In this document: positions 12,601-23,733 of the stretch, piece after piece
How the letters are laid out: the number at the start of each line of letters is the position of its first letter
Numbering within the stretch: position 1 is the stretch's first letter
Assembly: GCA_019828565.1 (NCBI GenBank)
Contig: JAHDYR010000005.1
Span: forward strand, 1,381,991-1,445,990
DNA length: 64,000 nt
Reading direction: 5' to 3'
From: Carpediemonas membranifera BICM
Taxonomy: Eukaryota; Protista; Fornicata
Translations under genes and position numbers: made by a program
Notes under the pieces: generated by a model
Database searches by the model: none
The model's input: only the letters and a program-made list of their open reading frames with translations
Told to the model about the DNA's origin: nothing

Positions 12601-13370
12601 AACCTTCTGAGGAGGTCGCGGCCGATCAGGACCTTTCGGCGTTTGGCGCGGATCACCATCAGCAATGCGGTGGCCTGCACGGTCTTGCCATCGATAGACG
12701 GGAGAGTGATGTCGACCTTTGCGGCCTTACCGATGGAGATGACCTCGTCGCCGGCGCCGAAGAGCTCGACTGAGGTGTCGATGAGCTGGTAATTCGGGAC
12801 CTTCGCTAGTGCGGGCTCCGAGATGACTGAGACGCAGGCTCCGATATCGAACTTCGTCTTGATTTGGACACCGTTGATCGTGGCCGGGACGTTGATGGGG
12901 TCGTTGTCGATCTCAACAGCCCCCACCTCATAGACGTCACCTTCGTCCTCGGACTCGGCGTCATCTGAGGCGTTGTTGTCGACTTCATGGACGTCGCGCT
13001 GGCCGCGCGAGTTGCGAAGCTTTGAGGAGTCCCTCAGGAACATGTTGCCGGCCCGACGGTCGGACTGCGTACCGCTGGTCTGCTTCTGGTCGTTCTTCCG
13101 CGGCTGAGAGGAGCCGGAGGTGCCCTTGGACTGGTTGTCCTTCTGCCGTGCGAGGAACCTGCATGACTCTGTCGTATGGTTACTGTTCCACCCATGAGAC
13201 TTGCACCACTTGTTGAAGTGCTGTGGGATGGCATACTTGTGCTTGTCTTTGAACTGGAGATAGGGATCGCTTGTATGGGGGCAGTACTGTCGGCTTTTTG
13301 CTTGCCAGGGGCGCGACGGCCACTGTCTTTCTGGTCGGCGGGTTGGGATGTTACCGCGAACGCCCGCCAC
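9692..13370 (-). CDS. pol: Element B pol (NC-PR-RT-RH-IN-chromodomain), frameshift near 10500
   Basis: KFDIGA protease, YVDD RT, TDAS/TDH RNase H, HHCC and DDE integrase, GPF motif, chromodomain VKEIVGH...LLIRWEG. Confidence 0.92.
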
Positions 13371-14392
13371 GGGACAATAACGCGTTCGTCGTGATCGACG
13401 TCGAGGTTCTCGAGGCGAGAAAGAAGATCGTCGATTGACTCGGCTGGGTCCTCGATGATGTCCTCGTAAAGAGCCTCGGCGTCCTTGCTATAGCCCTTGA
13501 GGAAGATCGACCCCAGTAAGCGCTCGGTCGAGTTGTAGGTTAGTGCCTCGATGTCTGGGACGCATGGATCGTAAGCGTTGAGGATCCTACGTAGCTTGAA
13601 GACGGCGAGTCGGTGCTCGACGGCTGGGCCGAAGAATCTAAGGCCGGATGCCTTGTCGCGCACCATCTTCAGTCTCGATCCCATGTCGAGGGTCGGTAGG
13701 AGCGTATAAACGATGTAGGGGATGATCGCCTTTGCCTCGGCGCGGAGGTAAGCGTAAACGTCGGGGAAATCAGCACGCTTTGGCCAGGCGGCCAGGTCGG
13801 GCTTCTCATCTATGGTGGGCTCCGGGACCTTGTCAGAGAAATCTGGGAGTGTCATGTCGGTCCCGTCAGGCACGGGGACAGTCGGGGTTGCGGCGCTGAA
13901 GAGGTCGGACCATCTGTTGGCCGCGGGGTCCTTCATGTACGAGGTGATGAATGTCCTGGCCTTCTCAGTGGCCTCCGGGATTGCGCGTTGTATCTCTGCC
14001 GAGATTGACTCCTTTGTCAGGCTGGTGAGGGCCGGGTCCTTGAAGTTTGAAGAGACCCGCACACACTCTGCGTACTGCGCTCGCTTGCAGGCCGCCTCAA
14101 AGGCAGCAGCGAAACGCTTGGCGATTGCATCTGCGGTGGGATTGTGGGATATAGCTTGCGGAGCCTCGTCCGAACGGGCCTGAGCTCGGGCTTCGGCGTC
14201 AGACATAATGGAGGTCTGGAGGCTCTCAAGAGTGGGAAATTTCGCTGTCAGACGCCAATCACGCTTTAACTTCGCGACCGTGTCCGCTGTGAGCGTTTGG
14301 ATGAAAGAAGTTGGGTTTCTCTCGTGGATAATTGCAGTGGTGTAATCCGCGAACGGCTCTCCCGGCACACTGGATTGCGCTTTCTGGATCAT
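13034..14392 (-). CDS. gag: Element B gag-like ORF
   Basis: Long ORF directly after the 5' LTR and upstream of pol; assigned by position. Confidence 0.7.
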   Translation of the reverse strand: MIQKAQSSVPGEPFADYTTAIIHERNPTSFIQTLTADTVAKLKRDWRLTAKFPTLESLQTSIMSDAEARAQARSDEAPQAISHNPTADAIAKRFAAAFEAACKRAQYAECVRVSSNFKDPALTSLTKESISAEIQRAIPEATEKARTFITSYMKDPAANRWSDLFSAATPTVPVPDGTDMTLPDFSDKVPEPTIDEKPDLAAWPKRADFPDVYAYLRAEAKAIIPYIVYTLLPTLDMGSRLKMVRDKASGLRFFGPAVEHRLAVFKLRRILNAYDPCVPDIEALTYNSTERLLGSIFLKGYSKDAEALYEDIIEDPAESIDDLLSRLENLDVDHDERVIVPWRAFAVTSQPADQKDSGRRAPGKQKADSTAPIQAIPISSSKTSTSMPSHSTSTSGASLMGGTVTIRQSHAGSSHGRRTTSPRAPPAPLSRGRTTRSRPAVRSPTVGPATCS

Positions 14393-14490
14393 TAGTCGTG
14401 AATTGCTTCATTTCACCGGTAATATCGATATTGTGCCGTGTTACTAATGAGTTTTATGCAACCAACTCCCGCAGTTTAGGGTCACAGTGG

Positions 14491-15403
14491 AGGACGAAGG
14501 CAGTGACCAGGTCAGCCTCATCAACATCCCAGACTCCGAGATAGCTGGCGAGATAAGAACTCTAGCGGAGAAATACGCGCAGATATTCGACCCACACCTC
14601 CCGGAGAGCAACGGTCTGAAGCCTATGACCATAGAGCTGACTGAGGACACCACAGTTCGAGTGGGCCCGCGCCCCTTGAACGCTCAGAAGAGACATCTAG
14701 TGGAAGAGGAGGTGGCAAGACTGGAGAAGGAGGAGATAGTGCGACCGAGTGTCGGACCGTTTGCCTCCCCAGTCGTAGTAGTGTCGGGTGGACACAAGGG
14801 GTCTGACAAGATCCGATTATGCATAGACTATAAGAGTCTGAACGCTATCACAGTGAAGGACCACTACCCACTGCCGAACATCCAGGAGTTCGTGCGAGAG
14901 GCCGCAGGGTGCAAGTACTACGCGACACTTGACTTGCGTCAAGGGTACTACCAGCTCTCCATGGCGGAGGAGGACGTACATAAGACAGCGTTCATCACCC
15001 CGGACAACTACATGGAGTTCTTGCGCTGCCCGTTCGGGCTAACCAATGCCCCATCCCGCTTCCAGCGGGAGATGGACAGGGTGTATGCCCCACTGCTACA
15101 CAAGGGGACCTCAGTATACATCGACGATATCTTCGTTTACGCTCGTTCGAAGGAAGAGTTCTTAGAGATCCTTGAGAGGGTCTTCCAGAGAACTGACGAA
15201 TTCAACTTGCGACTCAAGGCGCCGAAATGCACGATAGGGGCAGCCGAAGCTGAGGTCGTGGGGTACATACTGGACGCGCAAGGGCAACGACTAGCCCCAT
15301 CGCGTATCGAGGCAGTGCTAGACATGCCACCGCCGACCAACTACAAGGCCTTAGAGCGGACGCTAGGCTCCCTTAACTACGTGTCGCGCTTTGTGGACGA
15401 CTC
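14491..15403 (+). CDS. pol: Element A reverse transcriptase segment
   Basis: RLCIDY, LDLRQGYYQ, PFGLTNAP, YIDD; in frame with the flanking pieces once B and C are removed. Confidence 0.95.
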
Positions 15404-15503
15404 TGTAGTCAGTATTAATATCTACCAATATCCCTGGGAGGGTCCAAACCTCTTTTTACTCGTAAACTCTTTCTCTTCCAAACCACAGTACTAGTACTTA
15501 CCT

Positions 15504-18500
15504 ATGGGTAGAGAACAGAAAAAACAAGCGCCGCTCCTGAAAGAGGCAACATTCAGCGCTTTCGTAGCTTTTACGACGTCACTGCGTGACTTTAAGGCTA
15601 GAGGAGGTAAGGCGAAGCTCCGCAAGCTTATAAGCCCGGAGATCCAGTCCTATGCATCACAAGTGCTAGGCTTAGAGACCCTAGAGGAGGTTCCGCTTCC
15701 TCAGGGTGATCAACATGACGACGAACCTTCCACTTCATCACGCAAGCTCAGAGAGAAGATCATCATGCAGCGACTCGCCGCTGCCTTGCGCCCACCAGAA
15801 AGGAACAATGCCTGAACCTTATCAGGCTGCGCATCGCGGCGTTCACGCCGCTCGAGGTGTCGAAGCTCAACTCGCAGTTCAACACCTTGTTGGAGTGCCT
15901 TAACATGGACGAGGATGACACCATTCGTGAAGCCTACTTGCGGGCCTTTGCTGTGAAGGGCCAATCCCTCTACTACAGACTGAAGGAGCAGACTGAGGGT
16001 TGCTCACTGGCGGAGACCCAGCAATACACCATGAAGACGGCACGCGACGTAGCCGAGTCGGCTGAGTACCTTGCTCCGTTCACCGAGGCGATCCGCTCCG
16101 ATCAGTCGCGCCGTCCGACAGCGCCCGTGCCAGGCGCCCATCCGCAACGCGGCCAGAGCCGTAACCAGCGCGACCGTCGTGACCGCCGAGATGACCGCCG
16201 AGACCGCCCCTACGACCGTCGTGACCGCCCGCATGACCATCACCGCCCGGACAAGCGGTCCCGCGATCGGGCTCGCCCTACCAGCACGACCCCAACCTGT
16301 TACAACTGCGGGGGCAAGGGCCATTTCAGCCCCGAGTGCCGGAAGCCCAAGTCCAAGTGTGAGAAGTGCGGGCGCGAGGGCCACAAGAGAGAGTTCTGTG
16401 ACCGTATAAAGGTCCAGAACTATTCTTATTTGTCTTGTTTCGCGGCGTCTAGCAAACGCAGAGCGCAGGCTCTTCCGATTGTGTCAGGATCCATATACAG
16501 GACCAGCGCAGAGTCGATGTTGTTCGACTGTGGCGCGTCAGCAACCTTCATATCGCCGCAAGTGGCCGAGAGGTCCGGCGAAAAGATCCTGCATTGTGAC
16601 CCGGTCGAGGTGACGACACCGGCTGGAGTCATCACAGTCGACCAGACTATTTCCACCGAAGTAACCTTTGCCAAATCAGCTCTGGTCCCCCGTGGGTGCA
16701 CCTTTACTACTCGTGCGTACCTCCTACCCTCAGAGTACGATCTAATCATTGGGTACCCTAATATGGTCACCCTGGGGATCCTTCCTCAGATTGACGACTG
16801 CGAGGAGTCTGACGCCAATGACGCCGAGCAGGCTGAAGACGTCTCAACGGTCATTACTCCCCAGAAGTTGAGCCTATTCACCTTGTCTGACAAGTCGTCT
16901 TCCCTTCAGGACAGACTGCTCGCGCGGTTTGTCGGCCTGTTCGAGGACAGAGCAGGGCGTCCGAGTAAGCTCATCCCTTACGATCTAGTCTTGTCTGATG
17001 ATGAACCCGTCTTTAGCCGCGAGTTCTTCATGCCGCCGGAGAAGAAGACACTTCTCCAGGAACACCTTGACGACCTGTCCCGACATGGCTTCATCCAGCC
17101 ATCAGCATCGGCTTACTCCTCACCGGCATTCTTGGTCCCAAAGGGGAAGGACCGTACCCGGTTCGTTATCGACTTCCGTTTGGTCAACGCGAAGACTCCC
17201 CGTTCAACTACCCTATCCCGATCATAGAGGATTGTCTAGCTAAGCTCAGGGGTAATACCATCTTTGCTACGCTCGACTGCAAGGCCGGCTACCATCAGGT
17301 GGCACTGACGGACCGTTCTCGTCCTCTGACCGCCTTCGGGACTCCCCTTGGACGGTTTGAGTACACGACTATGCCCTTTGGTCTGCGTAACGCTGGTTCT
17401 CATTTCCAGTGGGCCATGGAGCAGGCTTTCTCCGACCTGATCTCGGCAGGGAAGTGCCTTATTTACATCGATGACATTATTGTCATGGGTCGGGACGAAC
17501 CTTCCTACATAAGGAACCTATGGGACGTCCTGAAACGTTGCCAAGAGTATGACCTACACCTAGGTCGCGATAAGTGCGTCTTCGCCGCGGCTGAGGTCGA
17601 GTTCCTGGGTCGACTCGTGTCCGGAGACACCGTGAGGATTGCCGAAGACCGCATCGACGACATTAAGAAGCTGAAACTACCGACCAGCAAGCGGTCCGCA
17701 CAGGCACTCGTCGGTTTCCTCAATTATTTCCGTGACTTCGTGCCCAACTTCGCGTCCCGAGCTCATCCTCTGTTGCAGGTGTCGGCTGGCAAGGCCGAAC
17801 CCGGTGGGCCGGGTCAGCAAGCGGCCCTGGGCGACGTTATCGCCGAGCTCCTTAAGCGGGTCTCCCTCGTTCACTTCAAGACGGACGCGACACATGTCCT
17901 CATGACCGATGCCTCAGACGTGGGATGCGGCGCCGTATTACTACAGGACGGGCAGCCGATCGCTTTCATGTCCCACGCATTCTCCGCGGTCCAGACTAGG
18001 TGGAGTACCACAGAGCAGGAAGCCTACGCAATCATCCTGGCCGTCCAGCGTTGGCGGAAATTCCTCTCGTGGACGCACTTTACCATCCGTACTGATCACC
18101 GCAACCTGCTGTTCATGGCCAAGTCCATCAACCCCAAGGTCCGTAGATGGTACGACCAACTAGCTGACCTCGATTTCACCATACGTCACGTTCCGGGTGT
18201 TGACAACGGGGCAGCAGATGGCCTTTCTCGCGTGTTCGCTAACACCCTCGATACCCAAGTCGCGGACAGGCTGCAGAAGGCGCATCACTTCGCCGGGGCT
18301 CACTTGTCCGCCTGGGCGACCAAGAACCTTCTTCGAGACTGGGGCGTACGTGTCCGCCAGAAGGACGTGGACGACTATATCGCCAAGTGCCCAATATGCC
18401 AGTTAAGGCGTAAGCCCCCGGCCTCTTCCGATGCGGGTTTGCACACCGCGGTCGAGCACCCCTTCGACCGAGTGGCCATGGACACTATGTCCGCTACCCC

Positions 18501-19542
18501 GTGCACGGTCGACGGCACGACCTATAAGTATATCCTCGTTGTAATAGACATGTGCTCACGTTGGACTGAGCTTGTCCCGCTCCAGACTACCCGAGCGGTC
18601 GAGACGTCCAGGGCGTTTGTCAATAACTGGGTCCTCCGATACGGCGTACCGAAGGTACTGCAGACGGATGGAGGATCCCAGTTCGTCAACGCAGTCTTTA
18701 ACGACCTGAGTGCCCGACTCGGGTTTACAACGAGAAAGACGACGGCTCATCATCCCCAGTCGAATGGGTTAGTAGAGCGAGCGAATGTGTCGGTTAAGTC
18801 CATCCTGACAGCGCGTCGTTACCAGTTTAGATCCAATGATTGGGTCCACAGCTTACCGATTGCCCAGTACCTTGTTAACTCGACCCCTCGAGTCCCTACT
18901 CGACTCTCCCCAGCCGAGATCCTGTATGGCACCGAGATGCGGGTGCCAAAGGACATTACCGTTATCGCGCCGGGTGAGACGTATATCGTTGACCAGCAAG
19001 AGGACTGGCTGTCCGAGGCCAAGGCGTACCGGCTCATGGCTGCCGAGCGCATTAAGAGCAAGCGGCTCCTACAGCAGTACAGGCCGGACGCCCGTGCCAC
19101 GGTTTCGACTCCGTACGTCCTGGTGGCTTACCCCGACAGACCACCCGACAAATTCGCCGCCGGCCTGCGTGGCCCAATGGCACTAGTGTCGGTGCACCAG
19201 GAGTACAACAAGGTTGTTGCCTATACTGTGCGTGACCTTGAATCACTGAAGCAGTTCCGAGTCGACGCCTCCCGGGTCCTCCCATTCGATCACGGCGACA
19301 TGTCCTTGGAGCAAGTTGCTCGCTTGGCTAACACAGTGGCGGCCGAGTACGTACCGAGCAAGATTGTGAAGTCCCGGCCCGACTCCGGTCCGGTCGAGAA
19401 TCGCGAATACTTGGTTGAGTGGCTGGGCTATGAGCCGGACGAAGCTTCGTGGGAGCCATTCGAGAATGTCGATGGCTGTGACAAGTTTGAGGACTTTCTT
19501 GAGCAGAGAGAACTACACCGTGCTGCGCACTCCAGGCAGTAA
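15504..19542 (+). CDS. pol: Element C gag-pol (2 CCHC knuckles, PR, RT, RH, IN, chromodomain); frameshifts near 15810 and 17200
   Basis: CYNCGGKGHFSPEC, CEKCGREGHKREFC, FDCGAS, YIDD, TDAS, QTDGG, YLVEWLGYEPDEASWEP. Confidence 0.93.
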
Positions 19543-19561
19543 ACGGATTCTCAGTCAAGAT

Positions 19562-20636
19562 TTATTGGTAGTCGTCATCGGACTCGTCGTCAGGGCCCTT
19601 GATCCAGTCCTCGAGCTCAAAGTCGATCAGATACTCGCGAGCCACGCTGACGGCAGCGAGGGTCTCGTCCAGACCAGTGCAGGTGGGGGCGGTGTAGCCC
19701 GCGTACTGAACGTGAAGAATGAGTCGGCGGTCGGATCCAGCCGTCAGGATCTCGTGACCCAGCACGTCAAGGACCTCGTACTCGCGCTCAGGGTCAGAGA
19801 CCTGCAGGGCCAGACCGAGCCGCTCCGGCAGGGACGGAAGCTCGTCCATGGCGCGGAGGTTAGCGACCAGGGCGGCCCAGTGAGTGGCGGTGACTGAGAC
19901 GTTCTCGCTACGCTCCCCGTGGAGGAACAAGCGGTAGTAGTCTGGGGCGAGGCCAAGACGGCGACCCGGTACAGGGTGCGGCGGGCCAGGCTCTGGCCGC
20001 AGCCGAGAGCGCGGAGAGCGAGAACAGGGTCTCCGGGGTGACGTACCTGTTTGAGCCGTTGCCCTTGAGATCGAAAACGCCGGCGTCAACGGCGTCGCGG
20101 ACTATGCCGAGTCGGTTTCGGCACGGCTGCGAGACGCCTCCGCAGGAAGCGGAGCGCACGATGCTCTCGCTGGAGCTGGACCAGCAGGCCGGCTGACAGA
20201 TCGAGCAAGCCGCCTGCGTCCTTGCTCCACAGCGTGCCGGTGGAGAGGTGATCGAAGATCCTCGAGGGCACCTCAACGAAGTTAACGTAGCCAGCCAAGC
20301 ACCGTCGAACCACATCGGCGAGCTGGTCTGCCTGCTTCGTGAAGCACCTCCATCACACCCCACCGGCACACGGCAGAGCTCCCGAGCGGAAGTTGCCGGC
20401 ACGGTGAAGATCCTAGGTAAGAAGAATAGAGGCGCACAAACCGCATCATGGGCATCTGGGAGGCATTCCGCCGCTCTTGCGGATGGCCCTCTTCTGCAGG
20501 GCGCTCATCGTGCGGGCCTTATAGCGTTGCGTCCGAGCAATCGTCGCAAGGGCATTTCGAGCACCTTGCGATAATCGTCATCAGTTAACTCCATCGAAAG
20601 CTCACGAATTTGGTCGAGCGCACGCGTATCCGCCAT
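19562..20636 (-). pseudogene. Element C antisense accessory ORF with C-terminal chromodomain-like region (frameshifted as assembled)
   Basis: Pieces align by eye to ORF 35290-36618: NFVEV...DHLSTGTLW, VTAT, LQVSD...YEVLDVLGH...LHVQYAGYTAP. Confidence 0.7.
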
Positions 20637-21422
20637 GTTTGGCCGCTTTTCTCAGGAAAAGCGACATATCCTGCACTTTTCCCAAATGACGAATGGAAGT
20701 GCCCATAGTGATCCCCATGACGGACTATTCACAATATTTATATCTCAAACACAGTCCACGAGACTTCTACCGTCCGTGGAGCAGTGCTTATGATGTTGGT
20801 TAACTTTCGGTACAGCGCAGAACAAAAAGAGCCAGAACTCGCCAACGAAGCCGAATTGGGGCTCGAAAACCCCTTTTCGGGCACTGTGTAAGAATGGGGC
20901 GGATCAGCCCAACGTACCAGAACTTTCTGTATGAGCGATGGCGAAATGCCTAAAAATGCTCGGGGCCAGAATTCCCGAGTCGAGCGCGAGCCCCAGAGTG
21001 CCCGCGAGGGGGCGGGGCTGTGGTACGTCCTTTTATACTTATACAGGAGCTCCTGAACCCATATCTTAATTAGCAGCGCTGCATAGATCTTTTCCGAATC
21101 TTTTGATATCATCCTCGAATCTTTCGGTCACACCTTACTACGCGTAATACCTCACCTGGAGGTTGCAATAAGACGTAATCCCAGAAGTTGGTTGTCGTTA
21201 TCCCGTCGATAATTCCAATAGTGGTTCGGCATGAGCGAGCGTAATCCCAAGTTCGATTGGTGGCTCTAGCCCCACGTAATACCAGATGTTGGTTGTGGTG
21301 ATGGCCGCGCGACTGCTTGGCCATGGGGGGGAAGTGTAGTCAGTATTAATATCTACCAATATCCCTGGGAGGGTCCAAACCTCTTTTTACTCGTAAACTC
21401 TTTCTCTTCCAAACCACAACTC

Positions 21423-23364
21423 CAGCAGAGTGCTGACCCCCCTGAATCGCCTGAGGAAGGACTCGCAGCCTGGACAACCGGTCAGTTGGACGAGTGAGCA
21501 CCAGCAGGCGTTCGACAATTTCAAGCTGAAGGTGAAAGAGGCTGTGTCGCTAGCGTTCCCTGACCCTTCCAAGAAGTGGGAGTTGCACACAGACGCCAGC
21601 GCTACCGGGTTTGGAGGTGTACTTTACCAACAGCAGAGCGAGGAGAAGTGGGAGATTGTCTCCTTCTTCGCCGGGAGCTTCAGTGAAACACAACAGCGGT
21701 GGAGTACGTACGAACATGAGTTGTACGCCATCCTGGCGTGCCTTACCAGCAGTCACCTGTCGCCCCTGTTTAAGCTGCACCACAACCTCACAATCAGATC
21801 TGATCACAGAAATCTGATGTACCTTATGGGAAAGCGGGACCTGAACAACAAGCTGATGAGGTGGTCTCTGATACTGAGTGACTACAAATTCAGTATCCTC
21901 CACATCGCGGGTCGAGACAATCAAGTCGCAGACCAGCTGTCCAGGGTAGAAGCCCAAGCGGGGGAGACGCTAAGCTGGAGCGAGAGAATCATGAAGGCGC
22001 AAGCAGCGCACGAGAGAGAGAGAGATACCTGGGTCAGGGCTGGCTACTCGAGAGACCGTGATGGAATCTGGAAGTTCGAAGGCATTCCCATCGTACCTGA
22101 AGGCGCGACGGAACTGAAGGACGAGCTCCTCCAGTACGCCCACCGCCGTCACAGTGGACGATCAGGAACTATGAGCTCCCTCAAGGATGTGGCATTCTGG
22201 CGAGGACGCGCTACCGCCGTTGCCAACCATGTCAAGGACTGCATTGTCTGTAGAAAGACCAGGCTGCGGGACTTCATCCAGACTACGAACAGCTCTACCA
22301 CGGACGGCCTGACAGCGCCGTGGGAGTGCGTCTCCATTGACACGATCGGACCAATCCACGGTGAGTCGCGCTTCCACTACATCTTCGTGGCGACCGACAT
22401 GTTCAGTCGTTACACTGAGCTGATGCCTGCCGAGGTCAATACGGGCCAGCAGGCTGCAAGGGCCCTCTGGCTGCTAGCCTGCCGACACGGCGTGCCGACA
22501 GTAATTCAGTCAGACAACGGTCCAGAGTACGTGAACAGCGTCATCTCGGAGCTCGTGACACTCATGCACACGTTCCACCGTAGGACACTGCCTTACCACC
22601 CTCAATCGAATGGTGTGGTAGAGCGACGCAACGCCGAAGTCATGAGACACGTCAGATGGCTAACACTGGCATTGAACGACTTCAGCAGGTGGGAAGAGAC
22701 CCTGCCATATGTTCAACACATCCTCAATAGTGCTGTCCACACAGCAACAGGATTCTCGCCGAACGAGGTCCTGTATGGGCGCTACGTGGAGATCGGCCAG
22801 CTGCGGAGGACACCGCCGGCGGCACCCTCTAAGATTGATGTGGTTAGGGACGTCAAGACGGCCCTAGACAACCTCCGATGCCTTCAGGAAGACGTGGTGA
22901 AGGTCATTCGAGATGAGCACCTCGCCGTCGAGCACTTTAGGGATGACACTGAAGCGACTCAACTCAGCGCAGGGGACTTCGTCCTGGAGAGGCCAGTGAA
23001 CAAATCGAAGCTACATGGCCTCAAGGGACCCTATAAGGTACTAAGAGTCCTCGAGCATAAGGCTGTCGAGATAGGCTCACTAGTCGACGACAGTGTGCGG
23101 GTTGTGCATGTGTCACGACTCAGCAGAGTCACCGTCCCTGACCTTGATGAGGGCAGGAGATTGGCCGCGACAGACTCAGAAGAGTTCCAAGTCCAAGCCG
23201 TCCGGAAACACCGGATCAAGCGTGGCGTTCGGGAGATCTTAGTAGAATGGGTGGGCTATTCCAATCCCACCTGGGAGAGATACGGGCCCGACAACTGGGA
23301 CAATGTATTTGTTATCAGCTACATCCATGACAACTCCCTCGCTTGGAAGAAGACGAGGGGGTAG
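21423..23364 (+). CDS. pol: Element A RNase H-integrase-chromodomain segment
   Basis: HTDAS, SDHRNL, HRRH...CIVC, DTIGP, SDNG, VERRN, GPY, FQVQAVRKH...LVEWVGY..PTWE. Confidence 0.95.
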
Positions 23365-23366
23365 AG

Positions 23367-23436
23367 TGTTGTGGTAACACACGACGGCGCTCGAGTCAGT
23401 GCAGTTTATGTAAAGAGAATTCCGTTTGCCGCCGCA
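23367..23436 (+). repeat. 3' LTR of element A
   Basis: Identical to 8131-8200. Confidence 0.95.
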
Positions 23437-23440
23437 CCCT

Positions 23441-23687
23441 TGATCAATTCGGCGAGCAAACGGCCAACACCTTCAGGGTTCAGGCTGAGGGCGTCACGGG
23501 CAAGCAGGCTCTTCTTAAGGTCGCCCTTTAGGCGGCCAAGCTGGTCGGCCACGAGAGAAAGCCCGTCTTCCCCAAGAGGTTCAACGACCTGAGGCGTGGC
23601 CGCGAGAGACCTAGATGCCCCTTCTGCAACAAGCTGGGCCATGGCGAGGCCAACTGTTGGCTGAAGAACCCCGCTTTAAAGAAGTAA
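23441..23687 (+). pseudogene. YR2 gag C-terminal part with CCHC knuckle
   Basis: CPFCNKLGHGEANC; contains an in-frame TAG and a frameshift. Confidence 0.7.
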
Positions 23688-23733
23688 GTCCTCCTTTTCG
23701 TTTAGACTAGCACGAGCAGGATAAGAACGCGAA

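Larger units (their letters stand above)
9617..14486 (-). mobile_element. Ty3/Gypsy element B, 55-bp LTRs, TSD GTGG, inserted between PR and RT of A
   Basis: LTRs at 9617-9671 and 14432-14486 (1 mismatch); GTGG at 9613-9616 and 14487-14490; PPT CATGGGGGGAAG on the minus strand. Confidence 0.95.
15404..21418 (+). mobile_element. Ty3/Gypsy element C, 84-bp LTRs, TSD ACTC, with accessory antisense ORF
   Basis: Identical LTRs at 15404-15487 and 21335-21418; ACTC at 15400-15403 and 21419-21422; PPT CATGGGGGGGAAG. Confidence 0.95.
8131..23436 (+). mobile_element. Ty3/Gypsy element A (chromodomain integrase), 70-bp LTRs, TSD CCCT, carrying nested B and C
   Basis: Identical TG...CA LTRs at 8131-8200 and 23367-23436; CCCT at 8127-8130 and 23437-23440; purine tract before the 3' LTR; order gag-PR-RT-RH-IN-CHD. 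Confidence 0.95.

Noticed and set aside
13300-13400. Programmed gag-pol frameshift in element B
   Set aside because: No clear slippery heptamer, and the shift falls before the NC knuckle; an indel is equally likely
15404-15503. Tf1-type self-priming as the explanation for the missing PBS
   Set aside because: By eye I found no segment within the C LTR complementary to the post-LTR sequence; the complementarity is internal to the palindrome. Needs a computational check for all five families
21140-21300. CRISPR-like periodicity here and in the tandem arrays
   Set aside because: Repeats are degenerate or lack unique spacers; no cas genes; eukaryotic retroelement context
23529-23531. In-frame TAG in YR2 gag as evidence for a variant genetic code
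   Set aside because: Single case in a disrupted element; host ORFs terminate at TAA, TAG and TGA
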